A DNA stretch of 64,000 bases from Candidatus Eiseniibacteriota bacterium (GTDB lineage Bacteria; Eisenbacteria; RBG-16-71-46): positions 608,001 through 672,000 of the forward strand of contig CAVSAC010000014.1 of NCBI GenBank assembly GCA_963725865.1, in the 5' to 3' direction. Positions 18,722-28,071 of the stretch are shown piece by piece (position 1 is the first letter of the stretch; each line of letters begins with the position of its first letter). Under the pieces are notes generated by a model. The model saw nothing but the letters and a program-made list of their open reading frames with translations. It was not told where the DNA came from and did no database searches. Made by a program: the position numbers and the translations under genes.

Positions 18722-21700
18722 TCACTTGCCGGGCGCCGCCATCGACGGATCGTGGCATTGCAGGCACAGGTCGCGCTGCGGATCCGCCTTCAGCAGGCCG
18801 TCGAACTCGCTCGCGTGCGGCTGATGGCAGCTCACGCAGTCGATCGGCTGGCCGGTGCGCGGGTCGGGCCGCTTGCTCGTGGTCGGGTGGTAGTGCTTCG
18901 CCAGATCGGTGTGGCAGGTGCGGCACAGGGCGTCGACGCTCTCCGCCTTCACCAGCGCGCGCGCGTCGCTGGAGTGCGGGTCGTGGCACGTGTCGCAGCC
19001 GCCCTCGAGCGCCTTGTGCGTGAACTTGCCCTTCACGAGCTTGCGGTCGTGGCAGGAGAAACAGAGCTTCTCGCCCGCACGGGACAGCAGCCGCGGCGCG
19101 GTGCCCGCGTGCGGGCCGTGGCACGAGAGGCACTGGCGTTCCTGCCGCAGCGGCGCGTGCACATCCTTGCGCTCGACCCACTTCTTGGCCTGCTCGTGGC
19201 ACTTGAAGCACAGCTGCTCGCCGCTCGCGACGAGCGCCTTGCTGCCGCGCGAGACGTGGCACGAGGTGCACTGGCCACGGACGAACGGCAGGTGCGGATA
19301 GGGCCGGATCAGGCTGTGCGCGGTCTTTGCCTGCACGTGCGGATCATGGCAGGAGACGCAGTCGACCGACGCGAGGTCCATCGACGGGTGCTTCGCGACC
19401 AGCGTCGGGCTCTTGAGCTTGTGGCAGCCGGAGCAGAGCGCGCCACCTGCCTTGCGCGTCATCGCGGGGTTCGCGGTGCCGTGTGGAGCGTGGCAGCTGA
19501 GGCACAGCCCCATCGCCACCGGCGCGTGCGGCTTGCCCTCGGCGATCCGCTTGGCCAGGTCGGCGTGGCACGTCGCGCACAGGCTCGCCACCTTCTGCTT
19601 GAGGATGCCGGCGCCGACGCCCTGATGCGGCTCGTGGCAGGCGGAGCAGCGCCCGTCGCGAGCGGGCGGGTGACCGTGGGCCTGCGCGGCCTCCTGGCTG
19701 ACGCTCGCGTGGCAGCCGGCGCACAGCACGTCCTGCGGCTGGTTCAGCAGGTGCGGCAGCTCCGAAGCGTGGGGCGTGTGACACGCGGTGCAGCGCCCGG
19801 CCTTGACCGGCGGGTGCACGCGCGAGGCGGCGGTGGCGGGCTTCGCCACGTCGTGGCACTGCGCGCACACCGCGGTCGCCGGCGCCTGCAGGTTCTTCGC
19901 GCTCGGGGAGCCGCTGCCGTGGCAGCTGTCGCACTGCTTCTCGGCGAACCCCGGGTGGGCGTTCGCCGGAATCAGCGCGGCGGCCTTCGTCTGGTGCGGC
20001 GCGTGGCACGTCATGCAGTTGGCCGCGGTCATGTCGGTCCCGCCGTGCTTCTGGCGGAAGTCCGCGGCCGCGAGATCGTGACAGTCGGCGCACAGCGCGG
20101 GCACCGCCTTGGTGAGCGTCGGTGCCGCCGCGCCACCGTGCGGATCGTGGCAGGTCAGACAATCCCCGCTCGCGACCGGAGCGTGCACGTGGTCAGCGGA
20201 CTTGCCGACCGTCGGGTGGCAGCCCGCGCACAGCTTCTCGCCCTCGGCGCGCAGGAGCTTCGGCTGCTTGGAACCGTGCGGCTCATGGCAGGCCGCACAT
20301 TGCCCCCGGCGGGCGGCGGTGTGGCCGGCACTCGAGGCCGCCTTCTTCGCGATGTCCTCGTGGCATTGACCGCAGAGCTCCGCCGGCTTCATCGCGAGCA
20401 GTGCCTTGCCCTGGCCGCCGTGTCCGCCGTGGCAGTCCGTGCAGGCCCCGTCCTTCACCGGCGGATGCGCGTGTTCCTGACCCAGCTCGCGCTGCACGTC
20501 GTTGTGGCAGCCCAGGCACAGCGCGTTCCCGGGCCGGGTCGCGAGCTTGGGATGATCGGACTGGTGCGCGTCATGGCACGCGGTGCAGTTGCCGCCGCTG
20601 AACGGCGGGTGCAGCTCCTGGCCCACCAGCTTGCGCTGGGCGTCGGTGTGGCAGGAGAGGCACAGGCTGCGCGCGTCCTTCACGAGCAGCCCGTTCTCCT
20701 TCGAGGCGTGCGGCTGGTGGCAGCGCAGGCAGTCCTTCTTGCCGGCCGGCGGATGGACGCCGGTGGGGCCGGCGATGCGCTTGCCGAGCTCGCCATGGCA
20801 GGTCAGGCAGAAGCTGCCGTCCGCGCTCCGCAGCATCCTGGGGTTGGCGGAGCCGTGCGGATCGTGGCACCTGGCGCAGTCGCCCTGCTTGAACGCGGCG
20901 TGGACGACCGGCTGGGCCGCGTCGGTCGCCACGTTCTCGTGGCACTGGCCGCACAGCTTGCTGGGGTCGTCCTTGAGCAGGTGGCCGGCCTTGCCGCTGC
21001 GGTGCGGATCATGACACGTGAGGCAGTCACCCTCCGCCGCGGGCGGGTGCGCGTGCGCGCGCGTACCGACGTCCGCCAGATCGGCGTGACACCCGGTGCA
21101 CAGCTCGGGAACCTTCGCGACCAGGGCCTTGGTGGGCTTGCCGCCCTCCATGACGTGACAGGACTCGCACTGTCCGGCGGCCACCGGCGCGTGGGAGCCC
21201 GCTCGTACCAGCTTGGGTTGCGCCGACGCGTGGGCGGCGTGGCAGTCGAGACAGGTCATGCCGGCGCGGTTCACGGCGGCGTGCTTGCTCTCGATCACTC
21301 CCGCCGGGTGGCAGCGGGCACACAACGCCTCCCCCTCGGCCGTCAGCAGCTTCGCGTTCGGCCCGCCGTGCGACAGGTGGCAGGCACCGCAGTCGCCCGA
21401 TTTGAAGGGCGCGTGCACCACCGCCAGCGTCGCCTCCTGTCCCACGTCCTTGTGACAGTCGAAGCACGTCGTCTGGGGGCCGCCCGCGCGGATCAGCGCG
21501 GGCTGGTCCGACGCGTGCGGATCGTGACAGCCGAGGCACTGGCCCTGGGCGAACGCCGCGTGCGGGTGCGCCGGGGCGGCGCCCTTCTGCAGGTCGGCGT
21601 GACAGTCGAGGCACAGCTCGGTCGGCTTCTTGGTCAGGACCAGCTGCTGCGCGAACCCGTGGCTCCGGTGGCAGGCGGCGCAATCGCCCTTGCGGACCGG

Positions 21701-21880
21701 AGCGTGCACGACCTTCCTGGCGAAGTCCTGCCGGCTCTGCTTGTGGCAGTCGTAGCAGGTGCGGGTCGGGGCCGGCTTGGCGAGCGCACGCAGCTGACCG
21801 GTGGAAGCCAGCGCCGCCACGGTCAGGGCGGCGAGCGCGGCGACCAGCAGGCGCCGCAATGGCGGCCGGCGGGTTCTCAT
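18722..21880 (-). CDS. Giant multiheme c-type cytochrome, 42 CxxCH motifs (doubled-CXXCH repeat type)
   Basis: Signal peptide; 42 CxxCH counted manually in 1052 aa; repeat unit H-x-P-x4-5-CxxCH-x2-H-x~15-CxxCH. Confidence 0.95.
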   Translation of the reverse strand: MRTRRPPLRRLLVAALAALTVAALASTGQLRALAKPAPTRTCYDCHKQSRQDFARKVVHAPVRKGDCAACHRSHGFAQQLVLTKKPTELCLDCHADLQKGAAPAHPHAAFAQGQCLGCHDPHASDQPALIRAGGPQTTCFDCHKDVGQEATLAVVHAPFKSGDCGACHLSHGGPNAKLLTAEGEALCARCHPAGVIESKHAAVNRAGMTCLDCHAAHASAQPKLVRAGSHAPVAAGQCESCHVMEGGKPTKALVAKVPELCTGCHADLADVGTRAHAHPPAAEGDCLTCHDPHRSGKAGHLLKDDPSKLCGQCHENVATDAAQPVVHAAFKQGDCARCHDPHGSANPRMLRSADGSFCLTCHGELGKRIAGPTGVHPPAGKKDCLRCHQPHASKENGLLVKDARSLCLSCHTDAQRKLVGQELHPPFSGGNCTACHDAHQSDHPKLATRPGNALCLGCHNDVQRELGQEHAHPPVKDGACTDCHGGHGGQGKALLAMKPAELCGQCHEDIAKKAASSAGHTAARRGQCAACHEPHGSKQPKLLRAEGEKLCAGCHPTVGKSADHVHAPVASGDCLTCHDPHGGAAAPTLTKAVPALCADCHDLAAADFRQKHGGTDMTAANCMTCHAPHQTKAAALIPANAHPGFAEKQCDSCHGSGSPSAKNLQAPATAVCAQCHDVAKPATAASRVHPPVKAGRCTACHTPHASELPHLLNQPQDVLCAGCHASVSQEAAQAHGHPPARDGRCSACHEPHQGVGAGILKQKVASLCATCHADLAKRIAEGKPHAPVAMGLCLSCHAPHGTANPAMTRKAGGALCSGCHKLKSPTLVAKHPSMDLASVDCVSCHDPHVQAKTAHSLIRPYPHLPFVRGQCTSCHVSRGSKALVASGEQLCFKCHEQAKKWVERKDVHAPLRQERQCLSCHGPHAGTAPRLLSRAGEKLCFSCHDRKLVKGKFTHKALEGGCDTCHDPHSSDARALVKAESVDALCRTCHTDLAKHYHPTTSKRPDPRTGQPIDCVSCHQPHASEFDGLLKADPQRDLCLQCHDPSMAAPGK

Positions 21881-22362
21881 GGCTTCGTCGCCCGCGGAGC
21901 GGACTGCGTGGAGTCACGCCGCGCCTCGAGCGTCGGATGGTTCTCGAACTCCACCTTGAGGATCTTGAACGCGAGGATCGAGTGCTTTCCGAAGTGGGGT
22001 GGCATGTTGAGGAACACCCACGTCGTGTCGGTGGGGACTCCGCCCTTGCGCACCACGATGCGGACCGCCGGGTTGTTGGTCTCGTTCGAGCGCGACAGGA
22101 TCCGGCGCGTCTTCATGTCCATCATGAAGTCGGGCACGAACTCCGTGACCCTCGCCGAGTAGTCGCTGTCGCCAACCCGGAACTCTTCGTTCAGCCGGGC
22201 CGTCGTCTCGTCGTAGAAATCGGTGAACACGCGATTGCCGATCCCGAGGGTCACGGACTTCACCCTGAGCTTCTGGACCGAGGGAGCCGGGGCCGCCGTT
22301 CCGGAGGCCGCCCACGCCATCATCACTGCCGCCACCACCACCACGCTCCATCCACGCTTCAT
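21877..22362 (-). CDS. Exported protein, DUF2155-like
   Basis: Signal peptide; F.PDF.MD..S.SNE..NPAV.I.V..W.F...P pattern; ATGA overlaps at both ends. Confidence 0.6.
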   Translation of the reverse strand: MKRGWSVVVVAAVMMAWAASGTAAPAPSVQKLRVKSVTLGIGNRVFTDFYDETTARLNEEFRVGDSDYSARVTEFVPDFMMDMKTRRILSRSNETNNPAVRIVVRKGGVPTDTTWVFLNMPPHFGKHSILAFKILKVEFENHPTLEARRDSTQSAPRATKP

Positions 22363-22985
22363 CGACTTCCTCCGGAATCCGGCGCCGCGGGGGTCGCCGC
22401 AGGCAGGGGGAACTTGCGCAACATGTCCTCCAGCGCTCGTTGGGTGAGCCGCTCGAGGCTGATCTCGCGTCCCCACCCGAACAGCGTCTCGCGATCGTCA
22501 CCCGTTCGAACGCGCATCGCGTTCCACGTCACACGGCCATCGACACCTCTCAACATCCGCAGCGACAGCCCGACCGACGGTACCTCGCCGTCCGGAGTGC
22601 GCACCATCCCGCATTCGAGGATGGTCCCGGTCAGCAGGTAGCGCACGTTCAGCCGGCTCGCCAGCTTCGCCGCCTGGTCCGAGGTCAGCATTCCGCTGGT
22701 GCGGATGCGCAGATCGCGCATGCCGGCCTCGACGTCGCCCGGCTCCGCCATCTCGCAGCGCTGACTCTGGGCCAGGGCGCCGTACACCACCCGCGTCACC
22801 ATGTCGCCGGCTTCCGGCTTCAGCGCCAGGTTCTCGAGCGGCAACAGCGCCACCCGCTCCAGGGGTAGCACGCCGGAACCGCGCACCAGGGGTGCGCTCC
22901 CAGCGCAGCCGCCGAGCGCGAGCGCGAGGCCCGCGGCGCACAGCCACCGGCGCGTCGCGCGCATGTGTTCCGGACGGCCGGGCAT
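22359..22985 (-). CDS. Lipoprotein, CsgG/GNA1162/PelC-like fold
   Basis: Lipobox LGGC; RVALLPLENL..LNVRYLLTGTI.E..P.VGLSLRML..G.V.W; start may instead be 22964. Confidence 0.75.
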   Translation of the reverse strand: MPGRPEHMRATRRWLCAAGLALALGGCAGSAPLVRGSGVLPLERVALLPLENLALKPEAGDMVTRVVYGALAQSQRCEMAEPGDVEAGMRDLRIRTSGMLTSDQAAKLASRLNVRYLLTGTILECGMVRTPDGEVPSVGLSLRMLRGVDGRVTWNAMRVRTGDDRETLFGWGREISLERLTQRALEDMLRKFPLPAATPAAPDSGGSR

Positions 22986-22987
22986 GG

Positions 22988-23590
22988 TCAGAACGCTCCC
23001 CGCCGGAGCGCGGCCACCGCCTGCTCGCACGCTTCCTGCGTGACGCGCGCGAACGTCCGGCTGCCCGCACCGCCCAGCATCGCGAGCCGGCCCTTGCCCT
23101 TGCGCGTGACCGCGACCCGCCAGACGGTGCTGCCGGTCGCGGCATCCACCAGCTCGGCATCGAACGACACCACCGGGAACTCCTCGCTGCCGACCCGCTG
23201 CGTACCGTACTCGGTGACGGCACCGCGGATCACGCCCGTGATGTCGAGCCGGGAGGCGAGGTCCTTGAGCTTGGCCTGATCGATGGCGCCCTGCGCATCG
23301 GGCAGGGCGTTCGCGCGCTCGAGCTCGCCCCAGAAGGCGGCCGGATCGACGAGCTGGAACCGCTCGGCGATCGACAGCTCGGTCACCAGCGCGCGCGTCA
23401 CACGGGCGCCCGCGTGAGTGTCGGAGCACAGGTTCGCGAACTGCACGACCGCGACCTTCTTGTAGTAGGTCAGGTCGGCATCGCGGTTCACGTACAACCG
23501 CGGCGCGGCCGCACAGCCCGTCATCGCCACGGCCAGGACCGCGAGCATCACGATCGGGGCCCAGCGGAGTCTCCGGATGATCATCGTCAT
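22988..23590 (-). CDS. Lipoprotein, CsgG/GNA1162/PelC-like fold
   Basis: Lipobox MTGC; KVAVVQFANL..LDITGVIRGAVTEYG..P.VSFDAELVDA.TG..VW; resembles the downstream lipoprotein. Confidence 0.78.
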   Translation of the reverse strand: MTMIIRRLRWAPIVMLAVLAVAMTGCAAAPRLYVNRDADLTYYKKVAVVQFANLCSDTHAGARVTRALVTELSIAERFQLVDPAAFWGELERANALPDAQGAIDQAKLKDLASRLDITGVIRGAVTEYGTQRVGSEEFPVVSFDAELVDAATGSTVWRVAVTRKGKGRLAMLGGAGSRTFARVTQEACEQAVAALRRGAF

Positions 23591-25299
23591 CTCCCGAACG
23601 TCATGGTGAGGCTGCCATCGTACTGCCGGGTCTCGCGCGTCTCGCCCGGATCGGCCACGGTCGCGCCGGTCGTGAGCGACAGGCGCCGGCCCAGCGCGCC
23701 GGTGACGCGCAGGCCGGCGATCTCGCGTCCGTTGAGCTGCTCGGCGAACGTGGACTGGCGGTTCTGCTCGCTCTTCGACCAGTTGGCGATCAACTGCCAC
23801 TGCGAGATCGGCACCCAGCGCACCGTCCCCATCCGCGTCGTGACCCGCGGCGCCGATCCCTCCGCGGCGGTGGTCGTACTCAGCGACCCTACCATCTCGA
23901 GACCCGCGCCGGGCTTCCAGCGGACGTCGCCCTGGCTCGACGTGGCGCGGCTCGAGGCCCGGCCGAGCGAGTGCCCCACGCGGTAGACGCGCTCGAACAG
24001 CGCGACGGTGAACGCCCGGACGGGCGTCGCGGTCACCCGGCCGTTGAGCTCGCTGGTCCAGCGCTGGTCGCGCGACGCGGTGTCGCCGTTCGCGGCCACC
24101 TGCGCGTTGAGGTCGGCGTCGAGCCCGCGCGCGAGCCTGAAGCGCGAGCCGGCGCGCACCGCGTCACTGGTGAAGCGACCGCGCTCGGGCTCCCAGTTCA
24201 GCGTGCGCGAGGCCGCCGCGGTGCCGTACCAGCCCGGCCGCACCCGGCCATCCACCGCGGCCAGCGCCGAGAGGTACTGCACCAGGGCGGAGCCGAATGC
24301 CCCGCGGGCTGTGCGCGCGCCGCCACCGAAGGTCAGGCGCACGGCACGGCGCGGCGTGACATTCAGGAACAGGCCGGCGTCGTGGTCCGTGGTCGTGGAC
24401 TTGGCGCGGTTGAAGAAGTAGGCGTTTCGGAGGATGTAGTTGAGATCGAAGTCCACCACCGCGTTCGGCCGGTAGGACGAATTGAGGCTGGCGCCCTGGC
24501 TGCGGGCCAGCACCTGCGGCCGTCCCGGCACCTCAGTGCGCGTGTCGGCGACGTCGTACTGCAGCGCCACCGACGTCGTCCGCACCGGGGAGAACGTCAG
24601 GTTGCCGCCGCCGGAGAGCGTGCGCTGGTCGGTGGTCACGCGCACCACGGCGTCCGGCGTCCGCCGCAGGTCACCGATCATCCCGTAGAGACGCAGGGGG
24701 CCGCGGTCGTAACCCACTCGCGCGCTGCGGTTCGTCGCGTCGGAGCCCGGGCCCAGCACGTCGCTGTTCCGGTGCTGCCGCAGCCACATCAGGTCCAGCC
24801 GCGGCCCGCGCTCCGGGAACAACGCCCCCGTGAACATGGTCTCCTGGGCGCGCGAGGTCACGACGACACGGCGCCCGCTGTCGCCCGGCGCGGCCTGCCC
24901 CGTCTGCCCGAATCCGGTCGTCGTCGTGGTCGGACGATGGGACGCGCTCACGGCGAACGCGCGGTGGTTGAGGCGCAACAGTCCCTGCGGGGTGCGACTG
25001 GCGTCCGGGAGATTCGCGTACGAGAGGTCGGACAGTCGCAGGCTCGCCTGCAGCTGCAGATCAGGCCGCAGCATGGTCTGGTTCCGAAGCTCGTAGTTCT
25101 GCAGGAGGAACTCGCGGATCCGTCGCCGCTCGTGGAGCGCGCCGGTTGAGTCGCGGGTCTGCAGGATCTCCTCGAAGCGCTGGTACTGCCCCTGAGCGTA
25201 TCCGAACAGCGACTGCGCCGCCGCCGGCCGGGCCGTCAGTGCGGGGAGCGACAGCAGGACCGCCGCGACGACGAGCGCGCGGCCACGATCAGCGCGCAT
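23587..25299 (-). CDS. Outer-membrane beta-barrel (porin-like) protein
   Basis: Signal peptide; many amphipathic beta strands; C-terminal YDGSLTMTFGR beta-signal-like strand. Confidence 0.78.
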   Translation of the reverse strand: MRADRGRALVVAAVLLSLPALTARPAAAQSLFGYAQGQYQRFEEILQTRDSTGALHERRRIREFLLQNYELRNQTMLRPDLQLQASLRLSDLSYANLPDASRTPQGLLRLNHRAFAVSASHRPTTTTTGFGQTGQAAPGDSGRRVVVTSRAQETMFTGALFPERGPRLDLMWLRQHRNSDVLGPGSDATNRSARVGYDRGPLRLYGMIGDLRRTPDAVVRVTTDQRTLSGGGNLTFSPVRTTSVALQYDVADTRTEVPGRPQVLARSQGASLNSSYRPNAVVDFDLNYILRNAYFFNRAKSTTTDHDAGLFLNVTPRRAVRLTFGGGARTARGAFGSALVQYLSALAAVDGRVRPGWYGTAAASRTLNWEPERGRFTSDAVRAGSRFRLARGLDADLNAQVAANGDTASRDQRWTSELNGRVTATPVRAFTVALFERVYRVGHSLGRASSRATSSQGDVRWKPGAGLEMVGSLSTTTAAEGSAPRVTTRMGTVRWVPISQWQLIANWSKSEQNRQSTFAEQLNGREIAGLRVTGALGRRLSLTTGATVADPGETRETRQYDGSLTMTFGR

Positions 25300-26869
25300 A
25301 GTTCACGGAGTAGCTCTGGCTACCATGACAAGTCGGCGAGCAGCTCCCTCCGCTGGCCGTCTCCGTGTACGACTGCAGGCCCGGATTCCTTCCGATCACC
25401 AGCAAGTGGGGGAGCGTGGTCGAGCCGTGCGTGATGTGACAGGCATAGCACGGCACCTGCTGCTCGCCCACGTGCTGCACGTGTCCGCTCGCGGCCTGCG
25501 GCGGCCCGAATCGCGAGTAGCCCTGCACCGCGACGGGGGACGAGGGGTTCGCGTACACGTCGTAGGAGTGGCACGCGAAGCAGATCTCGTTGGAGTCGGT
25601 CGGGCGATTCGCCGGCGAGGCCGTGTAGGGCTGCTTGAGGATGTAGCGATAGGTCGAGCCGTGCGGACCCCGCGCGGTTCCGAAGTCGCTGCCGTGGCAG
25701 TCGCCGCAACGGGTGATCGAGCTCGCGCCCCAGCCGCTCGCGAACGACAGCGGATGGATGAGCGGATTCCTGCCCCGCGCCTCCACCGGGTGATAGGAAG
25801 GATTCGCCGGATTGAGCGCCTTCGCGAGGTCGGTCTGCCCCGACGGCTGAGTGGTCCACGAGGAGTGGCACTTGAAGCACAGCGTGTACTCGTCCGTCGG
25901 CACCGCGAGCGTGTCCGCGCCGGTCACGAGCGCGTACGACGGAGCGCTGCCCGCCACTCCGTTGAGGATGGTCACGCGGCTGACGCCCAGCGTGGTCTTC
26001 GAAGCCTCGTCGTCGCTCGGCGGGAAGCGATCGGGACGCGACACGTGCGGGTTGTGGCAATCCACGCACTCGCTGTGCCGCCGATTCAGCGGCATGGTCC
26101 CGAAGTCGCTCGGCAGCGACTCCAGCGGACCGGTGTGCCGGTCGGCGTAGTCGGTCACCGGGTGGCGATAGGGCTTCTGCAGATCCGACTGCACGTTGGC
26201 GGTCGAAGGCGAGCCGTCGTGGCAGGTCAGGCAGAGCGCCTCCTCGCGCTGTAGCCCGAGGGCGGGGATGAGCCCGCTGGAATCCTCGCGGCCGTGCGCG
26301 TCATGGCAGTTGAGGCACTTGCCGGGCGCGTCGATCTCGGTGCGCGGAGGCGGCGTCGGACCCGGCCAGACCATGGTCAGCGTCGAGCCGTGCCCGGTGC
26401 CCGAGTAGAGTTCGGGGCCCGCGAAGCTGCCTCCCTCCCACGGTGTCGTGTGGCAGGTGTTGCACAGCGTGTTGTCGTCGGGCGCGAGCAGCAGCTTGGG
26501 CTGGGGCTCGACCTGATCGGCGCCATGCATCGTGTGGCAGCGGTCGCACTCGCCGGAATGGGAACCGTCCGCCAGGATGCGGCGGATGTCCTCGGGGTCG
26601 CGCGGCCGGTGCAGCGACGGCGTGGCGGCGACCAGCGTGAGGACGCAGAGCGCGAGCAGCGCGACCGTCGCAAGGACGACCGCGCTGCCGCGCGTACTCG
26701 ATGCGGACCGGGTCCAGGAGTGGCGGCCTTGGGGTTCGTCCGGCGTCGCCGCGAAGGCACCCACCGGTCCGGCGTCGCGCTGCGTGCCGCGCGCCACCTT
26801 CACCTCACCCTGCGACCTCTCGCCGCGAACCCCGTCACTCCCTGCCCAGTCGCGCATCGGAGACTCCAT
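25289..26869 (-). CDS. Multiheme c-type cytochrome (9 CxxCH plus one CxxxCH)
   Basis: CDRCH, CNTCH, CLNCH, CLTCH, CVDCH, CFKCH, CGDCH, CFACH, CYACH and CSPTCH; N-terminal hydrophobic segment; start uncertain (GTG 26803 is an alternative). Confidence 0.9.
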   Translation of the reverse strand: MESPMRDWAGSDGVRGERSQGEVKVARGTQRDAGPVGAFAATPDEPQGRHSWTRSASSTRGSAVVLATVALLALCVLTLVAATPSLHRPRDPEDIRRILADGSHSGECDRCHTMHGADQVEPQPKLLLAPDDNTLCNTCHTTPWEGGSFAGPELYSGTGHGSTLTMVWPGPTPPPRTEIDAPGKCLNCHDAHGREDSSGLIPALGLQREEALCLTCHDGSPSTANVQSDLQKPYRHPVTDYADRHTGPLESLPSDFGTMPLNRRHSECVDCHNPHVSRPDRFPPSDDEASKTTLGVSRVTILNGVAGSAPSYALVTGADTLAVPTDEYTLCFKCHSSWTTQPSGQTDLAKALNPANPSYHPVEARGRNPLIHPLSFASGWGASSITRCGDCHGSDFGTARGPHGSTYRYILKQPYTASPANRPTDSNEICFACHSYDVYANPSSPVAVQGYSRFGPPQAASGHVQHVGEQQVPCYACHITHGSTTLPHLLVIGRNPGLQSYTETASGGSCSPTCHGSQSYSVNYAR

Positions 26870-26886
26870 CTCGGAAAACAGCCGGG

Positions 26887-26911
26887 CGGTGCGGGCACGA
26901 GGCCCGCACCG
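26887..26911 (-). terminator. Intercistronic hairpin after the OmcS-like gene
   Basis: Perfect 10-bp stem cggtgcgggc-acgag-gcccgcaccg about 45 bp after the stop. Confidence 0.45.
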
Positions 26912-26956
26912 TCCATTCGGGATCAGACCGCGGCCGTCCGATCCGTCAGCCGTGGA

Positions 26957-27950
26957 TCAGCTGCCCTGGCCGTGGCACTGACGGCACAGGTCGCGGTACG
27001 CGCCGCCATCGCCGTTTTCGGTGACCGTGCCGGTGCCGGCCATGAAGATCAGGCCGAACCCGTTCTGGTTGCCGTGCGACTTGTGGCACGACATGCACGA
27101 CGGAGTCAGCGTGTTGCTGGTCGAGGTCCACAGACCCTGCGAGTCCATGACCTTCACGTGGTTGGTGTTCACGCGCCAGCGGCTGGTCGCGCTGCTCACG
27201 CTGATGTTCACCGTCGACTGCGGGTGACGCTTCCAGTCCGTCCCGTCGCCCATGTTCGCGTCGGTGATGGCACCGTGGAACTCGACGTGGCAGTTCTTGC
27301 ACCAGGTCGCGTAGCGGCTGCCGGCGACATCGGGCTCGTTGTAATCGACGTCCGCGATGTCATAGGCGCGCGCGCTGCGCTCGAACACGTCCTTCGCCAG
27401 GTCGTTGCTGCCCACCGCGTAGCTCACGGTGTCGCCAGCGAAGATGCCACGGAGCTGCAGGTTGCGGTAGGAGACGCTGCCGTGGACCGAGTGACAGTTG
27501 CTGCACTCGAGGCCTTCGGTGCCGGGCACGTACGCAGTGCCGGTCCCGCCGGGAGGCAGCGCGGTCTCGTACAGCGTGTGGCCGTCGATCTCGTCGTAGC
27601 TGGGATCATTCGACAGGCCGTGACCGGCCTTGGCGTTCAGACCACCGGCGAGACGGTTCGTGCCACTCACGATGTTCTCGCCGAACACGTCCGGCGCCCA
27701 CGCCTGACCGTTGTGGCAGGCCAGACAGGTCTTGTTCACGTCTTCGGCGCGCAGCAGGAGCGGCGAACGGGCCGCCCGCCTCGGGCACCGGGAACACCGA
27801 GCCGCCCGGCGTGTAACCGTGCGACTGGCTGTAGTGCATGATGTGGCAGTCGCTGCACACCAGCGTCAGCTGCCGGTGGTAGTCGCCTGCCATGGCCACT
27901 GAGACCATGCCCGCCACCAACAGTAGCGGGAGGACGATCAGGCGCTTCAT
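26957..27950 (-). CDS. OmcS-like hexaheme c-type cytochrome, interrupted by a +1 frameshift at about 27761-27764
   Basis: GAGGAG RBS; signal peptide; joining the two ORFs gives six hemes: YH..CSDCHIMH, LL..CLACH, GH..PGG..CSNCHSVHG..YRNL, WCKNCHVEFH..RHP, CMSCHKSH, RDLCRQCH. Confidence 0.8.
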
Positions 27951-28071
27951 GGGGACTCTCCTCATTGGGACGTCTGGAACGGAAACGTTACGGGCCGGAT
28001 GGTTCGTTGGTGAAGCGACTGCGGAACTGCACCTCCTTCCGGGCCGCTCCAGCGGCGCGTGCCAGTCGTGA

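Noticed and set aside
21800..21880. Twin-arginine (Tat) signal on the 42-heme cytochrome
   Set aside because: The RR pairs lack the S/T-R-R-x-F-L consensus, Arg-rich N-termini are common at high GC, and c-type apocytochromes are Sec substrates
18722..21880. Periodic tggcag/tgacag DNA motifs as a CRISPR-like or non-coding repeat array
   Set aside because: They are the reverse-complement codons of repeated CxxCH motifs within one ORF; there are no identical 25-40 bp repeats and no cas genes
27755..27770. Programmed ribosomal frameshift or phase variation in the OmcS-like gene
   Set aside because: No slippery heptamer or homopolymer at the site, and similar indels elsewhere point to sequencing error
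28050..28064. TGGCACG upstream of the OmcS-like gene as an internal sigma54 promoter
   Set aside because: The -12 GC is absent at the required GG-N10-GC spacing
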